A DNA stretch of 40,117 bases from Candidatus Thorarchaeota archaeon (GCA_029858305.1 JAOUFI010000015.1:1-40117); one strand, 5' to 3'. Counted from the stretch's first letter, positions 1 through 9,067 are shown. Made by a program: numbers and translations. Notes: generated by a model not told the origin, from the sequence alone.

Positions 1-1
1 G

Positions 2-619
2 CTGTTGTGTTTTGGCTCTAGCAAACTCATCAATGACGACACGAACAGTATCTGCTGAAGTAATTCCATTATATATCTCAGAAATCACTTTAGCATGCCC
101 CCAAGCTAGTAAATCATTCAGATTCTTGCCTTCGTCATGGAGCTCCTGGAATCGAACATTGAAGGTCTCAGGAGGTATAAGAAGGACTTTCTTGTCCGTG
201 CACTCCAACTCAATCTGATGGGCAATTTTACTCAAACGACTAAGTGGAACATCCTTACTATCCATGACGCCAAGACTTTGAAGCGTTCGGGATTGATTTT
301 CAGTTGTTGCAACGGCAGCGACAACAAGTGGGCCAAGCCATTCACCTTTACCAGCCTCATCGGAACCAATAACGAGTTCCTTTCGTTTTATTCCCTCAAC
401 AAGATTTCTAACTGCAGCTTGTACAATTGCTTCAGCATGGGAACCACTACAGACAATTTTTCCACTTGTGTATCCAACTATAGAATCCCCCTCGAATCTT
501 ATTCTAAAAGCCTCATACTCGCTTCTAACCTTTAAGGGGCTTGCTTGTCGATTTTTAAGAATGAAACTTTCAATTCGGGGTAGATCTTTGGGCGTTACTT
601 TTACGACTGCTTGGCTCAT
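2..619 (-). CDS. rnhC: Ribonuclease HIII (partial, runs off the left edge)
   Basis: My translation from ATG 619 (GAGGT RBS upstream): MSQAVVKV...SIVGYTSGKIVCSG (TBP-like N-domain)...VIGSDEAGKGEWLGPLVVAA...LGVMDSK...NLNDLLAWGH...VVIDEF. Not in the ORF track. Confidence 0.88.
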   Translation of the reverse strand, partial: MSQAVVKVTPKDLPRIESFILKNRQASPLKVRSEYEAFRIRFEGDSIVGYTSGKIVCSGSHAEAIVQAAVRNLVEGIKRKELVIGSDEAGKGEWLGPLVVAAVATTENQSRTLQSLGVMDSKDVPLSRLSKIAHQIELECTDKKVLLIPPETFNVRFQELHDEGKNLNDLLAWGHAKVISEIYNGITSADTVRVVIDEFARAKTQQ

Positions 620-669
620 TCTAGATGACCTCACTGTCGTACATGGTAATACCTCATTCGCTCTTAAGT

Positions 670-1509
670 CTAGAACCTTCTCGACTTAATTCTAAACTGC
701 TTATCCTTGGATTCAAAGTGAAGAATTGAACAGAATCCATCTTTCACAGCAGGAACGATTGCGCAAGGTACGGACCCTATTGTGAACTTGTAATCTCTAT
801 GATAATGCCCAGAGAGTACGAGAGTGGGTTGGAATTCAAGAATAAATCTGGTGATAGCTTTACTTCCAGTGGATACACCTTCTGGTAAGACCGGGTTCAG
901 TCCAGTTTCGTACGGAGGAACATGAGAGATAAGGACTTTGACCGGTGAGTTGCGTATTGTTTCATAACCGCGGAGTAGAATTTCGAACACTTCATCCTCT
1001 GTATGTTCAATGGGACTTCGATATTTCTCAATCTCATCAAACTTCTCTGGAGACCAATCTTCAACCTCGAAGAAACCATTTCGAATGAACACGCCAAATA
1101 CATTCAGGGTCTCAATGGACTTGGAATCTAGCTCTATTGCAGCGTATCGTTCTGATTGAAAGAATTCCCTGAGATTGAGAACCACACCTACTGTGTCTGT
1201 TGCTCTTCCAACGCCGAAAAAACCAATCTCTCCAATCTGTTTAGAGGCACCGTGCACGTTAATGCCGAGGCGGTCCATAAAATGAACAACTTTGGGTACT
1301 GCACCATTTCCAGGAATAGCTACCATCCATTTAGCTGCATCATATATTTTTTTGAAATTCTTTTGCGATTCTGGGGATACATCGCTATGTTCACTATGTT
1401 GCATCAAATCACCCAGAAATATCACACCATTGACCTCATGTACGATATCGAGAATTGTATCTAGATGCAACCAGTTATCGTGGATGTCAGAGAGTACAAG
1501 AAATTCCAT
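670..1509 (-). CDS. Calcineurin-like metallophosphoesterase (Icc-related)
   Basis: Motifs SDIH, LGD, PGN, SH(VPP), GHYH in the canonical order. Confidence 0.9.
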   Translation of the reverse strand: MEFLVLSDIHDNWLHLDTILDIVHEVNGVIFLGDLMQHSEHSDVSPESQKNFKKIYDAAKWMVAIPGNGAVPKVVHFMDRLGINVHGASKQIGEIGFFGVGRATDTVGVVLNLREFFQSERYAAIELDSKSIETLNVFGVFIRNGFFEVEDWSPEKFDEIEKYRSPIEHTEDEVFEILLRGYETIRNSPVKVLISHVPPYETGLNPVLPEGVSTGSKAITRFILEFQPTLVLSGHYHRDYKFTIGSVPCAIVPAVKDGFCSILHFESKDKQFRIKSRRF

Positions 1510-1541
1510 GATATTTAATCACACTCACAGAAATTTGGATT

Positions 1542-2357
1542 TTAGTCTTGACATAGGTGGGTTAGATCTCCGGTACATAGTGTGATATCACCATCGTCTG
1601 TATGAACTAGGAGAGACCCATCAGGAAGAATCTCTTTTGCGATACCAATATACGTCATAGAGCCGTCATCGACACGGATCTTTGATCCAAGAGTAGCATT
1701 CTTTTGCCTCCATTCATCAAGCACCATATCGAAGGAGCTACTTGAGCGAGTTGCTTGAAGCCGGAAATCAATCAAGGTGAGTAGGTCACATAATAATTTC
1801 TCTCGCGAGGTGGTACGTCCAAGATGTTCAAGTATTGAAGTAGTTGAATATCTGATGTCCTCAGGAAGAAGATTAAGCGGAGTGTTTTGATTGATACCAA
1901 TCCCAAGGACAATAAGATGTTCATCCGGACCAATTGAAATAAGCTCACTAAGAATGCCAGCAACCTTTCGCTCCGCTATCAATACATCATTTGGCCATTT
2001 CAGTTCTACCTCATCGACTCCCATATTTTGAAGCGCTTTTGCAATTGCACAAGCACAGAGAATGCTATGGAGCGGTATGGAATCAAAGTGCAAGATAGGT
2101 CTGAGAGTAAGGGATAGATAGAGACCTCCCTCTGGTGAATGCCATGTTCTATTATATCGCCCCCTGCCATGAGTTTGTGTGTCTGCAAGTATAAGTAGTT
2201 CAGCACGTCTACCTGAAGCAATGAGTCTTTTTGCCTCATCATTTGTGGAGTCGACTGTTGGTAGGCATACTATTTGAGGATTTAAAGTGAGTTTCTCTAC
2301 ACACCGATGTATTAACTCAGGATTTACCAAGGAAACCACAATCTCCAGTAATTGCAC
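1542..2357 (-). CDS. birA: Biotin-protein ligase (class I, no HTH)
   Basis: STN, QTHGRGR, WHSP, KWPND, KVAGIL, GIGIN motifs. Exact start uncertain. Confidence 0.93.
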   Translation of the reverse strand: MQLLEIVVSLVNPELIHRCVEKLTLNPQIVCLPTVDSTNDEAKRLIASGRRAELLILADTQTHGRGRYNRTWHSPEGGLYLSLTLRPILHFDSIPLHSILCACAIAKALQNMGVDEVELKWPNDVLIAERKVAGILSELISIGPDEHLIVLGIGINQNTPLNLLPEDIRYSTTSILEHLGRTTSREKLLCDLLTLIDFRLQATRSSSSFDMVLDEWRQKNATLGSKIRVDDGSMTYIGIAKEILPDGSLLVHTDDGDITLCTGDLTHLCQD

Positions 2358-2432
2358 TCCATTTATCTATAATCAATCTACAAAGATAACTTATATTGTA
2401 CGCATATTAGCGGTGCACTGGTGTGAGGTTCC

Positions 2433-3254
2433 ATGCCAAGTCTTGCAGGTGCGGTAATCCTTCCAGAACTGAATAAGACGCTGTTATTCAAGAACCGAGA
2501 CATGATCTCACAGAATCATCGTGACGAGATATTCTATGATGTTGATTGTTTTGGGATTCGGGGCATAAATAATGCCACTGGGAAAGTAGAAGGAATCACA
2601 ATTGGCATCAATAGGCATGGTCTTGCAATAGCGAATACTCACGTGAAGAGCACTCCAGATCCATCATTCCACAAGTTGACAGAACAACTGCTGATGTTCG
2701 CAAAAGACGCTGAGGATTGTGTTGGAATGACGGTAGACCAACTAAAGACTGCAAAGGGCTACCAGTGGGGAAATCTGGTCCTTGCGGACTTAGATAGTAT
2801 GCTTGTCATTGAATTGGCAGGCAGTGATCATTCACTCGAATGGTCAGAGCGACGCGTTCTGCGAACTAGTCATCATATAATGTTAGATACTGAAGATGTA
2901 CTTCGAAATGAGGGGATAGACTATGAGAGTTCGGTCAAACGAGTCGAGAGAGGTTACGAACTTATTCGCCATATATCAAAGGTGCAAGATGTTTTCTTAC
3001 TGCTGAAGGACCATGGTGACAGTGAAGGAAGATCAAGTCTCTGTAGACACCCAGAAGGCGATGATAGTGTTGCTACTATCATGAGCTATGTCATCGAGAT
3101 TGACCAGAATCATGGAGCAGGTCGCCCGAAGGTGATTTTTCATTTTGCCAAAGGAAATCCATGTAGAGCAGTTTATGCTACGATGCCCATCGTCTTTCCA
3201 GCTGATGAAGATACAATGAAGAGGGCTACAGACATCTATCATAGTAAACTTTGA
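2433..3254 (+). CDS. Ntn-hydrolase, C45/acyltransferase-like, with atypical N-terminus
   Basis: LFKNRD, GINRHG, GNLVLAD, RTSH, S..R, LKDH...LCRH, GNPC pattern; GAGGT RBS. Confidence 0.7.
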   Translation: MPSLAGAVILPELNKTLLFKNRDMISQNHRDEIFYDVDCFGIRGINNATGKVEGITIGINRHGLAIANTHVKSTPDPSFHKLTEQLLMFAKDAEDCVGMTVDQLKTAKGYQWGNLVLADLDSMLVIELAGSDHSLEWSERRVLRTSHHIMLDTEDVLRNEGIDYESSVKRVERGYELIRHISKVQDVFLLLKDHGDSEGRSSLCRHPEGDDSVATIMSYVIEIDQNHGAGRPKVIFHFAKGNPCRAVYATMPIVFPADEDTMKRATDIYHSKL

Positions 3255-3274
3255 TTCTGATCCGTCTGAAACTA

Positions 3275-3709
3275 TTATGGAAACCAGCCAAGTAGGAACC
3301 AATAGAATCCAAGGAAAAACGCAATAATCCAAGTACCGATTGTGAGAAACATGAACGGTCTGGTCTTTTTAAGAAGCTTCAATGGCATACCACCCTTCAC
3401 GAGGAACATTACAACAAGAATAGCGCCCAAGCCAATTGCCAGAAGGCCAACAGTATCATGAACTATTTGATACCAGTAGAGAAGTGGATTTGAGAGTGCG
3501 AGTGTTAGTCTGGCAATGGCTATGGGGATCATCCACAATCCCACAGTGAGAATATGGAGAAAGACAACAAACCACACTGCTTTGTGATGGAGCTTAAAAT
3601 CCATCCTTCGAGCGCCATATATCCAGCCAAGGATTAGCACAAGGAGTATAATGATCTCGATACCCAAGACAAGAAAGGGTATTGGAATTCCTAAAATTGA
3701 TTGCATCAT
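3275..3709 (-). CDS. 4-TM membrane protein, DUF420-like
   Basis: Four hydrophobic segments with intramembrane His residues (HHK, LH, VHD); GTGAGG RBS. Confidence 0.65.
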   Translation of the reverse strand: MMQSILGIPIPFLVLGIEIIILLVLILGWIYGARRMDFKLHHKAVWFVVFLHILTVGLWMIPIAIARLTLALSNPLLYWYQIVHDTVGLLAIGLGAILVVMFLVKGGMPLKLLKKTRPFMFLTIGTWIIAFFLGFYWFLLGWFP

Positions 3710-3721
3710 AAAGACCTCACT

Positions 3722-4468
3722 CTATTTTGTTTCTATATGACTAACACTACCACGAGTAGTAAAAATACTAGACTTTAGCACCGTACCTCTGCCTTCGTGA
3801 GCCGCAACAATGGCAGAGCCGATCATTCCCCAAGGGCAAAATCGTACATTTAAATTCTGATAAGCTTCCGAGTCATGAATTCTCGCAAACGCACAACCAT
3901 TCGCAGCGACAGTCACCTCCGAGCCTTCAGCCTTTACACGAGCATAGCTCACGAACTCGTGATCACGGATGTACTTCGCATACTCCTGTAGCTTATCTAA
4001 GAGGGACACACTAGGATTGAGAAGTGCTTCTGGAAGATAGGATGCTAGAATATCTGCCATGCGTACAAAGACATAATCTTTGATTGCAGCTTCACCAAGG
4101 ATGTTTATGAAGACGCTCTCATAGCCAAAGATTGCAGCACGAAGCTGCCAAATCTCGTTCATCGTAAGCTCGCGAACCGTCCCTTTCTCTTGGGCGTCAT
4201 CAACTTTCTTGTGGAAATATGTTAGAAAAGTCCTAAGTTCGTCAACCAAGGTTGAGGAATCAGCTCTCTGAGAAAAGATCTCGGGGAGAAACTCTTTCAC
4301 GAAATAAACCATACGTGGTAGGACGTGTTCCTCCAAAACATTTGGACCGATAAGTTCTGTCCCAACCGCATCATAGGCATCAAGAATTCCTCTATAGAGG
4401 AAGACCGCCTCAAGCTTTTGTTCATCAGTTTTCTGAGGGAGATTCGATTCCATGTCACGAACTTCCAT
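3722..4468 (-). CDS. V4R/MetOD1-like domain protein with internal duplication
   Basis: C-terminal GCAFARIH...FCPWGMIG; two similar helical segments (YDAVGTELIG...RMVYFVKEFLPE and YESVFINILG...RMADILASYLPE). Confidence 0.6.
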   Translation of the reverse strand: MEVRDMESNLPQKTDEQKLEAVFLYRGILDAYDAVGTELIGPNVLEEHVLPRMVYFVKEFLPEIFSQRADSSTLVDELRTFLTYFHKKVDDAQEKGTVRELTMNEIWQLRAAIFGYESVFINILGEAAIKDYVFVRMADILASYLPEALLNPSVSLLDKLQEYAKYIRDHEFVSYARVKAEGSEVTVAANGCAFARIHDSEAYQNLNVRFCPWGMIGSAIVAAHEGRGTVLKSSIFTTRGSVSHIETK

Positions 4469-4519
4469 AATCTAGCGTCATAACCATATTCTCATTCGTC
4501 TAAAATCGTTTTCTGAATA

Positions 4520-5539
4520 CTAGAGCTGATACATTTCGAATTCGATACCAGATGATGTTTTGCGTAGGAATAGAGTCTGTGCATTATCACCTTTTGTTCT
4601 TGCGAAAAACCGAGTGTAGGGGCGTCTTGTAATCAATTTGAACATGGATTCTACATTCTTGGCGAGCGTTGAAATGAAGATGTGAGATTTCATAGGAAAT
4701 TGCCTGCCAGACGAAATCAAAATACGTCCATTCTCTCCAAGCATCAATCTGCCAATAGGATTCTGTTTGGCAGATAATTCGAATTCAACTTTTAGAGTAT
4801 CCGCGTAACAGATGTTTGTTGCTGCATTGTAAACATTCTCAACAGGAATCCGCATGGATCCACTTGCCACACTGAGAAGTCTTCCCCCGTTGCAGGCAAC
4901 TACTGCGTAATCCTCTGATTCGATAACAAGATAGGAATATGGTGCATCGATACCAAGAGTCTCGAGTGTTCGCTGTAAGGAAGAGTGCACAAGAAGGAAT
5001 TCACGAACCTGATCTTCTTTGAAGAGAGGCTTGGGCCTAGAGAAACTCGCAATCAAAGAGTTACTACCAGAATCTATCAAGAAAGCGAGGGGTATGTCTG
5101 TTCGTTCTTCAAGAGACTCTAAAACCACAGAAGACAACTTTTCATTACTAAAGAATTGGACATTAATTCTGCTTAGCTTCTCACGGATTTTATTCTTTAC
5201 TTCAGGGGACCATTGTAATCCCTCAATCTCAGGTAGGGGTATTTCACGGAAGATTTCCATGATTTTTTGGATAGCTTCCCGAGCAAACTTCTCGGGAGCC
5301 TTCCTGTCGAATACTCCTATTAGAACTTCTTCAGACTGCGGAAATCGTGAGTACAAGAAATACTCACTTTCTGTAGAGAATGAGTCTAGTACATCAGACC
5401 GGGCATGTGTACTGAAATCTTGAATTGCTGAGAGAAAGCCTGACGATAAAACTGCTTTATCATCTTCACTAGAAGATTGCTCACTACTATAATGAAATTG
5501 CAAAACACTTCGGTTGATGAGGAATATTTCTTTCAGCAT
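4520..5539 (-). CDS. Longin-domain protein with additional roadblock/longin-like domains
   Basis: N-terminal EIFLIN...LSSGFLSAIQDFS longin signature; second alpha-beta-beta-alpha module (IPLAFLIDSGSNSLIAS...YLVIESEDYAVVA). Confidence 0.7.
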   Translation of the reverse strand: MLKEIFLINRSVLQFHYSSEQSSSEDDKAVLSSGFLSAIQDFSTHARSDVLDSFSTESEYFLYSRFPQSEEVLIGVFDRKAPEKFAREAIQKIMEIFREIPLPEIEGLQWSPEVKNKIREKLSRINVQFFSNEKLSSVVLESLEERTDIPLAFLIDSGSNSLIASFSRPKPLFKEDQVREFLLVHSSLQRTLETLGIDAPYSYLVIESEDYAVVACNGGRLLSVASGSMRIPVENVYNAATNICYADTLKVEFELSAKQNPIGRLMLGENGRILISSGRQFPMKSHIFISTLAKNVESMFKLITRRPYTRFFARTKGDNAQTLFLRKTSSGIEFEMYQL

Positions 5540-5655
5540 TGATTTTTGTTCTGCATGTCATCCATAAGAAACAAACGGTCGCAGAGTACCGCATCAATAA
5601 AGAAGAAAGACTATTAGCATCAAATGCAATAAAGAAGAAAAGCTCGGTGATAGAT

Positions 5656-6150
5656 ATGAACAAATCAAAATCGTATGCCCTACTTGGATTGATTTTACTA
5701 ATAGCTGTAGCATACCAGCCAGCAAATGTTGCAGCTCATCCGCCAGGTCCTATAACACTTGCTTATGATATTGATACAGAAATATTGACGGTCACCGTGA
5801 CTCACGTCACGGCTGATGTCAACACACATTATGTCTATGAAATCGTTATCGAGAAGAACTCTGTCGTATTTACAACTGAGAGCTATACATCTCAAAGTAG
5901 CGCATCGGGCATGTCAGATACATTCAGTGTTCCTGCTTCGAATGGAGATATCTTAAGAGCAACCGCAAAATGCAGTGTTTCAGGCCAAACCTCACAACAA
6001 ATGACAGTATCGGATATTACGGCCACTACTACAACCACTACTACAACCACAACCACCGATTCTTGGTTACCAACAACTTTGATGATATTGGTTGCTATCT
6101 TTGCTCTTGCAGTTGTCATGGTAATTGTGTGGGTACTTAGGAGAAGATAA
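5656..6150 (+). CDS. Secreted, C-terminally anchored small metal-binding-type protein
   Basis: ATG 5656 after GGTGA; signal peptide ending NVAA-HPP; His/His/His/Cys pattern; poly-Thr linker; TM helix plus RRR. Confidence 0.8.
   Translation: MNKSKSYALLGLILLIAVAYQPANVAAHPPGPITLAYDIDTEILTVTVTHVTADVNTHYVYEIVIEKNSVVFTTESYTSQSSASGMSDTFSVPASNGDILRATAKCSVSGQTSQQMTVSDITATTTTTTTTTTTDSWLPTTLMILVAIFALAVVMVIVWVLRRR
6025..6057 (+). repeat. ACN codon run encoding an 11-Thr linker
   Basis: act act aca acc act act aca acc aca acc acc; the 12-nt unit occurs twice. Confidence 0.9.
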
Positions 6151-6169
6151 TCAATCTTCAAAGACAATT

Positions 6170-7462
6170 TCACGTTATATCTGGTGCATGGTCAGGTTTC
6201 TTCTTTTTGACCAATTCGATACTCTTACGTAGTTCAAGTTCTCTTTCTTTGGTTCTGAAAAACAGATAGAACATGATGATTGCTAAAACATACAATCCTG
6301 CTACGACAAAATAGGGAGTCTGATACATTCCCATTGCAAGGAACCAGCCACCGATATTTGCAGCAATGCCACGAACCAATGAGTCTCCAGTGCGTACAAC
6401 ACCAACAGCAGTCGCACGTTCCTCCTTGGTGAGACCTTCCATGAATAGTGCATTTGAAACCGGTCCAGCCATATTCATGAGGACGCTTCGGGCGACATAT
6501 CCTGTTACTGCAATTGGAAGACTCTCTGCAAGCCCGATCATCAATAGGAATGGGATAGAGAGAGCTTCTGTAAATACCACAGTTTTGACTTTACCAATCC
6601 TATCCGAAAGAGCAGGAGCAATGAAATTTCCAGTAGATAGGACAATCGTGTTGATTCCAAAGATGATTCCTATCATTTCAGAGCTAGCTGAGAACTGATA
6701 CTTGAAGAAGAGATTAAAAAACATCACAATTACACCAGCACCCATGCCTACCGTGGTGACAGTCGTCGCGTATTTTCCAATAAAGCTCCAATTTGTGACA
6801 TTCTTGAGTCCAAGTTGATGTATAGAGTAAGTTGGTGTATCATTCGACATGAGAAGTATTAGAATCATAGAAATCGCGGAGGGGATGAGTGTCACCAGTA
6901 GGGTCAAACGATAGGTTGGTACACTCTCTGCAAGCAAGCCAAATAGAGATGAGAACACACCGGGCAAGAATCCACCGAAAAGATTTCCTGCAAATAAAGC
7001 AAGTAAAGCAACACCTTGACTGAATCCGAATAAATGAGCACGCTCATCATCTGTGGATAAATCGGTTATGTAAGGAGACCAAGCAACCTGTGAGAATGCT
7101 CCTGAGATGCCAATTAAGACAGCAGAAGAAATCAATGCAAGACTGTCAAGTGTAAGATACTGTATTGCAACACAGAGGAAAGAAATAGCATTGGCAACTA
7201 AGATGATTCTTTTCCTACTCTGCCTGTCCGTTACAAGACCTGCAATGAAAGAAATACCAGCAGTCGCAAACATCGATATTGATAGGAAGAAACCAATGAA
7301 ATCAGCTGAATGGATGCCATCGCCTTCCAGATACAGATTGAAGATTACACTATTGATACCATTAGCAAAAGCACTAGTTGACATAATGAGAATGTAAAGC
7401 CGGGCATCACGTTTGAACAAACGTAACTTATCCACATATCCTAGCTTTAGGGTCTCACTCAA
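6170..7462 (-). CDS. MFS transporter
   Basis: About 12 TM segments; motif A variants GLVTDRQSRK and ALSDRIGKV; TTG start with GGAG. Confidence 0.92.
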   Translation of the reverse strand: MSETLKLGYVDKLRLFKRDARLYILIMSTSAFANGINSVIFNLYLEGDGIHSADFIGFFLSISMFATAGISFIAGLVTDRQSRKRIILVANAISFLCVAIQYLTLDSLALISSAVLIGISGAFSQVAWSPYITDLSTDDERAHLFGFSQGVALLALFAGNLFGGFLPGVFSSLFGLLAESVPTYRLTLLVTLIPSAISMILILLMSNDTPTYSIHQLGLKNVTNWSFIGKYATTVTTVGMGAGVIVMFFNLFFKYQFSASSEMIGIIFGINTIVLSTGNFIAPALSDRIGKVKTVVFTEALSIPFLLMIGLAESLPIAVTGYVARSVLMNMAGPVSNALFMEGLTKEERATAVGVVRTGDSLVRGIAANIGGWFLAMGMYQTPYFVVAGLYVLAIIMFYLFFRTKERELELRKSIELVKKKKPDHAPDIT

Positions 7463-7479
7463 ATGTTATTTCTCCAAAA

Positions 7480-7504
7480 AATCGATTCGAAACACGAATC
7501 GATT
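7480..7504. promoter_or_regulatory. Perfect 10-bp inverted repeat in the MFS/ltaE divergent intergenic region
   Basis: aatcgattcg-aaaca-cgaatcgatt. Confidence 0.55.
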
Positions 7505-7577
7505 ATGTGTTACCTTTATGCATTTCTGAATGAACAAAAGGCTAAGGCTTAATTGAGGGGGTTGAAATTCTAGAAGT

Positions 7578-8621
7578 ATGAAGACTATTGATCTCCGGAG
7601 TGACACAGTCACACTACCAACTGATGAGATGATTGAAGCAATTGTTACTGCTCATCGACAGAATCGTTTTGGGGATGATGTCATTGGAGAGGATAAAGTC
7701 GTCAACGAGCTTCAGGAAAAGGCGGCGCGTATACTAGGCAAAGAGGCCGCCCTCATGGTGACATCTGGAACTCAGGGTAATGTCATCTCTCTACTCTCTC
7801 AAACATCTAGAGGTGATGAAGTAGTTGTCGAAGAGAAGTCACATACTTATCTCTTCGAAGCCGGTTCGATGTCGTCCCTCGGAGGCCTTTTTCCGAAACC
7901 TGTCAAAGGAGTCAGAGGTTATATTCGTCCTGAAACGTTAGAAGCAGCCATCAACACAGATGATGCACATCTTGCTAGAACCGCCATGGTTGTGATTGAG
8001 AATACTCATAACTACGCAGGTGGCACAATCATAAGACCAAAACAAGTCAAAGCACTCACTTCTGTAGCTAGAGACCATGGACTGAAAGTACATTGTGATG
8101 GTGCTCGGTTATTCAATGCCTCAGTCGCTCTTAATCTTCCTGCAAAGAAACTAATCGAGGATGTAGACACAGTGCAGATATGCCTGAGTAAAGGGCTTTC
8201 AGCGCCTGTTGGTTCCATTATCGCTGGAACTGAGGAGTTCATTCATGAGGCCCATAGAATGCGAAAGAAATTGGGTGGGGGGATGAGACAAGCAGGAATA
8301 ATTGCAGCTCCGATGATTGTAGCTCTAGAAAAGATGGTCGATAGACTGAAGGATGATCACGATAATGCCAAGTTGCTATATCAGAACTTGTCGACAATCC
8401 CGGACCTAATCATTGAGGAACCAGATACCAATATTATCTTCCTGGGGCTTGACAAACTGAACATCGATGCTATGAAACTCTCTAAGGAGCTAGCAAAAGA
8501 AAACATTCTCATTTATGGGGGATATGGTGACCGCTCTAGATTCGTGCTGAACAGGATGGTTAATCGTGATGATGTCGCCAGGGTTAGCGACGCAGTGCAC
8601 AGAATATTATCGAGATTATAA
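7578..8621 (+). CDS. ltaE: Low-specificity L-threonine aldolase
   Basis: IDLRSDTVT, SGTQGN, IENTHN, HCDGARLFNA, CLSKGL (PLP Lys), GGGMRQAG. Confidence 0.95.
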   Translation: MKTIDLRSDTVTLPTDEMIEAIVTAHRQNRFGDDVIGEDKVVNELQEKAARILGKEAALMVTSGTQGNVISLLSQTSRGDEVVVEEKSHTYLFEAGSMSSLGGLFPKPVKGVRGYIRPETLEAAINTDDAHLARTAMVVIENTHNYAGGTIIRPKQVKALTSVARDHGLKVHCDGARLFNASVALNLPAKKLIEDVDTVQICLSKGLSAPVGSIIAGTEEFIHEAHRMRKKLGGGMRQAGIIAAPMIVALEKMVDRLKDDHDNAKLLYQNLSTIPDLIIEEPDTNIIFLGLDKLNIDAMKLSKELAKENILIYGGYGDRSRFVLNRMVNRDDVARVSDAVHRILSRL

Positions 8622-8631
8622 TATGATGAAT

Positions 8632-8904
8632 CTACACTTTGGTCTTGCAATCCTCAAGAATTTCTTTGATATGTTTTCCCCAGCTGGGGGCAAGCTCTAA
8701 AGCTCGCTCTGCACAGCACTTTGCTTCCACATATTGTTGGAGCTTATAATGAAGACGGCTCTTATAGAACCATGCATGCGCATAATCACTACTCACTTCA
8801 ATGGCTCTTGCATATGCAGCAAGCGCTTCATCATAACGACCATTAGCCTCATGGCTTTTGGCTTCTCTATAGAATTCATACCGAGTCGTCGAAGCCTCGG
8901 ACAA
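8632..8904 (-). CDS. Small TPR protein
   Basis: Two TPR units (YDEALAAYARAIE; AWFYKSRLHYKL...ALELAP). Confidence 0.85.
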   Translation of the reverse strand: MSEASTTRYEFYREAKSHEANGRYDEALAAYARAIEVSSDYAHAWFYKSRLHYKLQQYVEAKCCAERALELAPSWGKHIKEILEDCKTKV

Positions 8905-9067
8905 TCTAACACACCTCCGAATACACTATGTATGGGAAAATATTCTGATAAACTTTAACACTTTCACCCGCAAAACGTACGATGCTTATTTCTTCCACTA
9001 CATTCAAGCAATTGCTTGCAATTGTGCATCCCCATTAGGCGAATAACATGCTGGTGGATGGGTGCGA

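Noticed and set aside
12-689. Plus-strand ORFs 12-218, 137-535 and 468-689
   Set aside because: Antisense shadows of the RNase HIII gene; no motifs.
2421-2432. In-frame GTG-TGA upstream of the Ntn-hydrolase, suggesting an N-terminal selenocysteine nucleophile
   Set aside because: The TGA is part of the GTGAGGT RBS, Pro2 already occupies the expected Cys position, and no SECIS was seen.
5539-5655. N-terminal extension of the 203-aa ORF
   Set aside because: It spans the divergent promoter; the RBS and signal peptide support ATG 5656.
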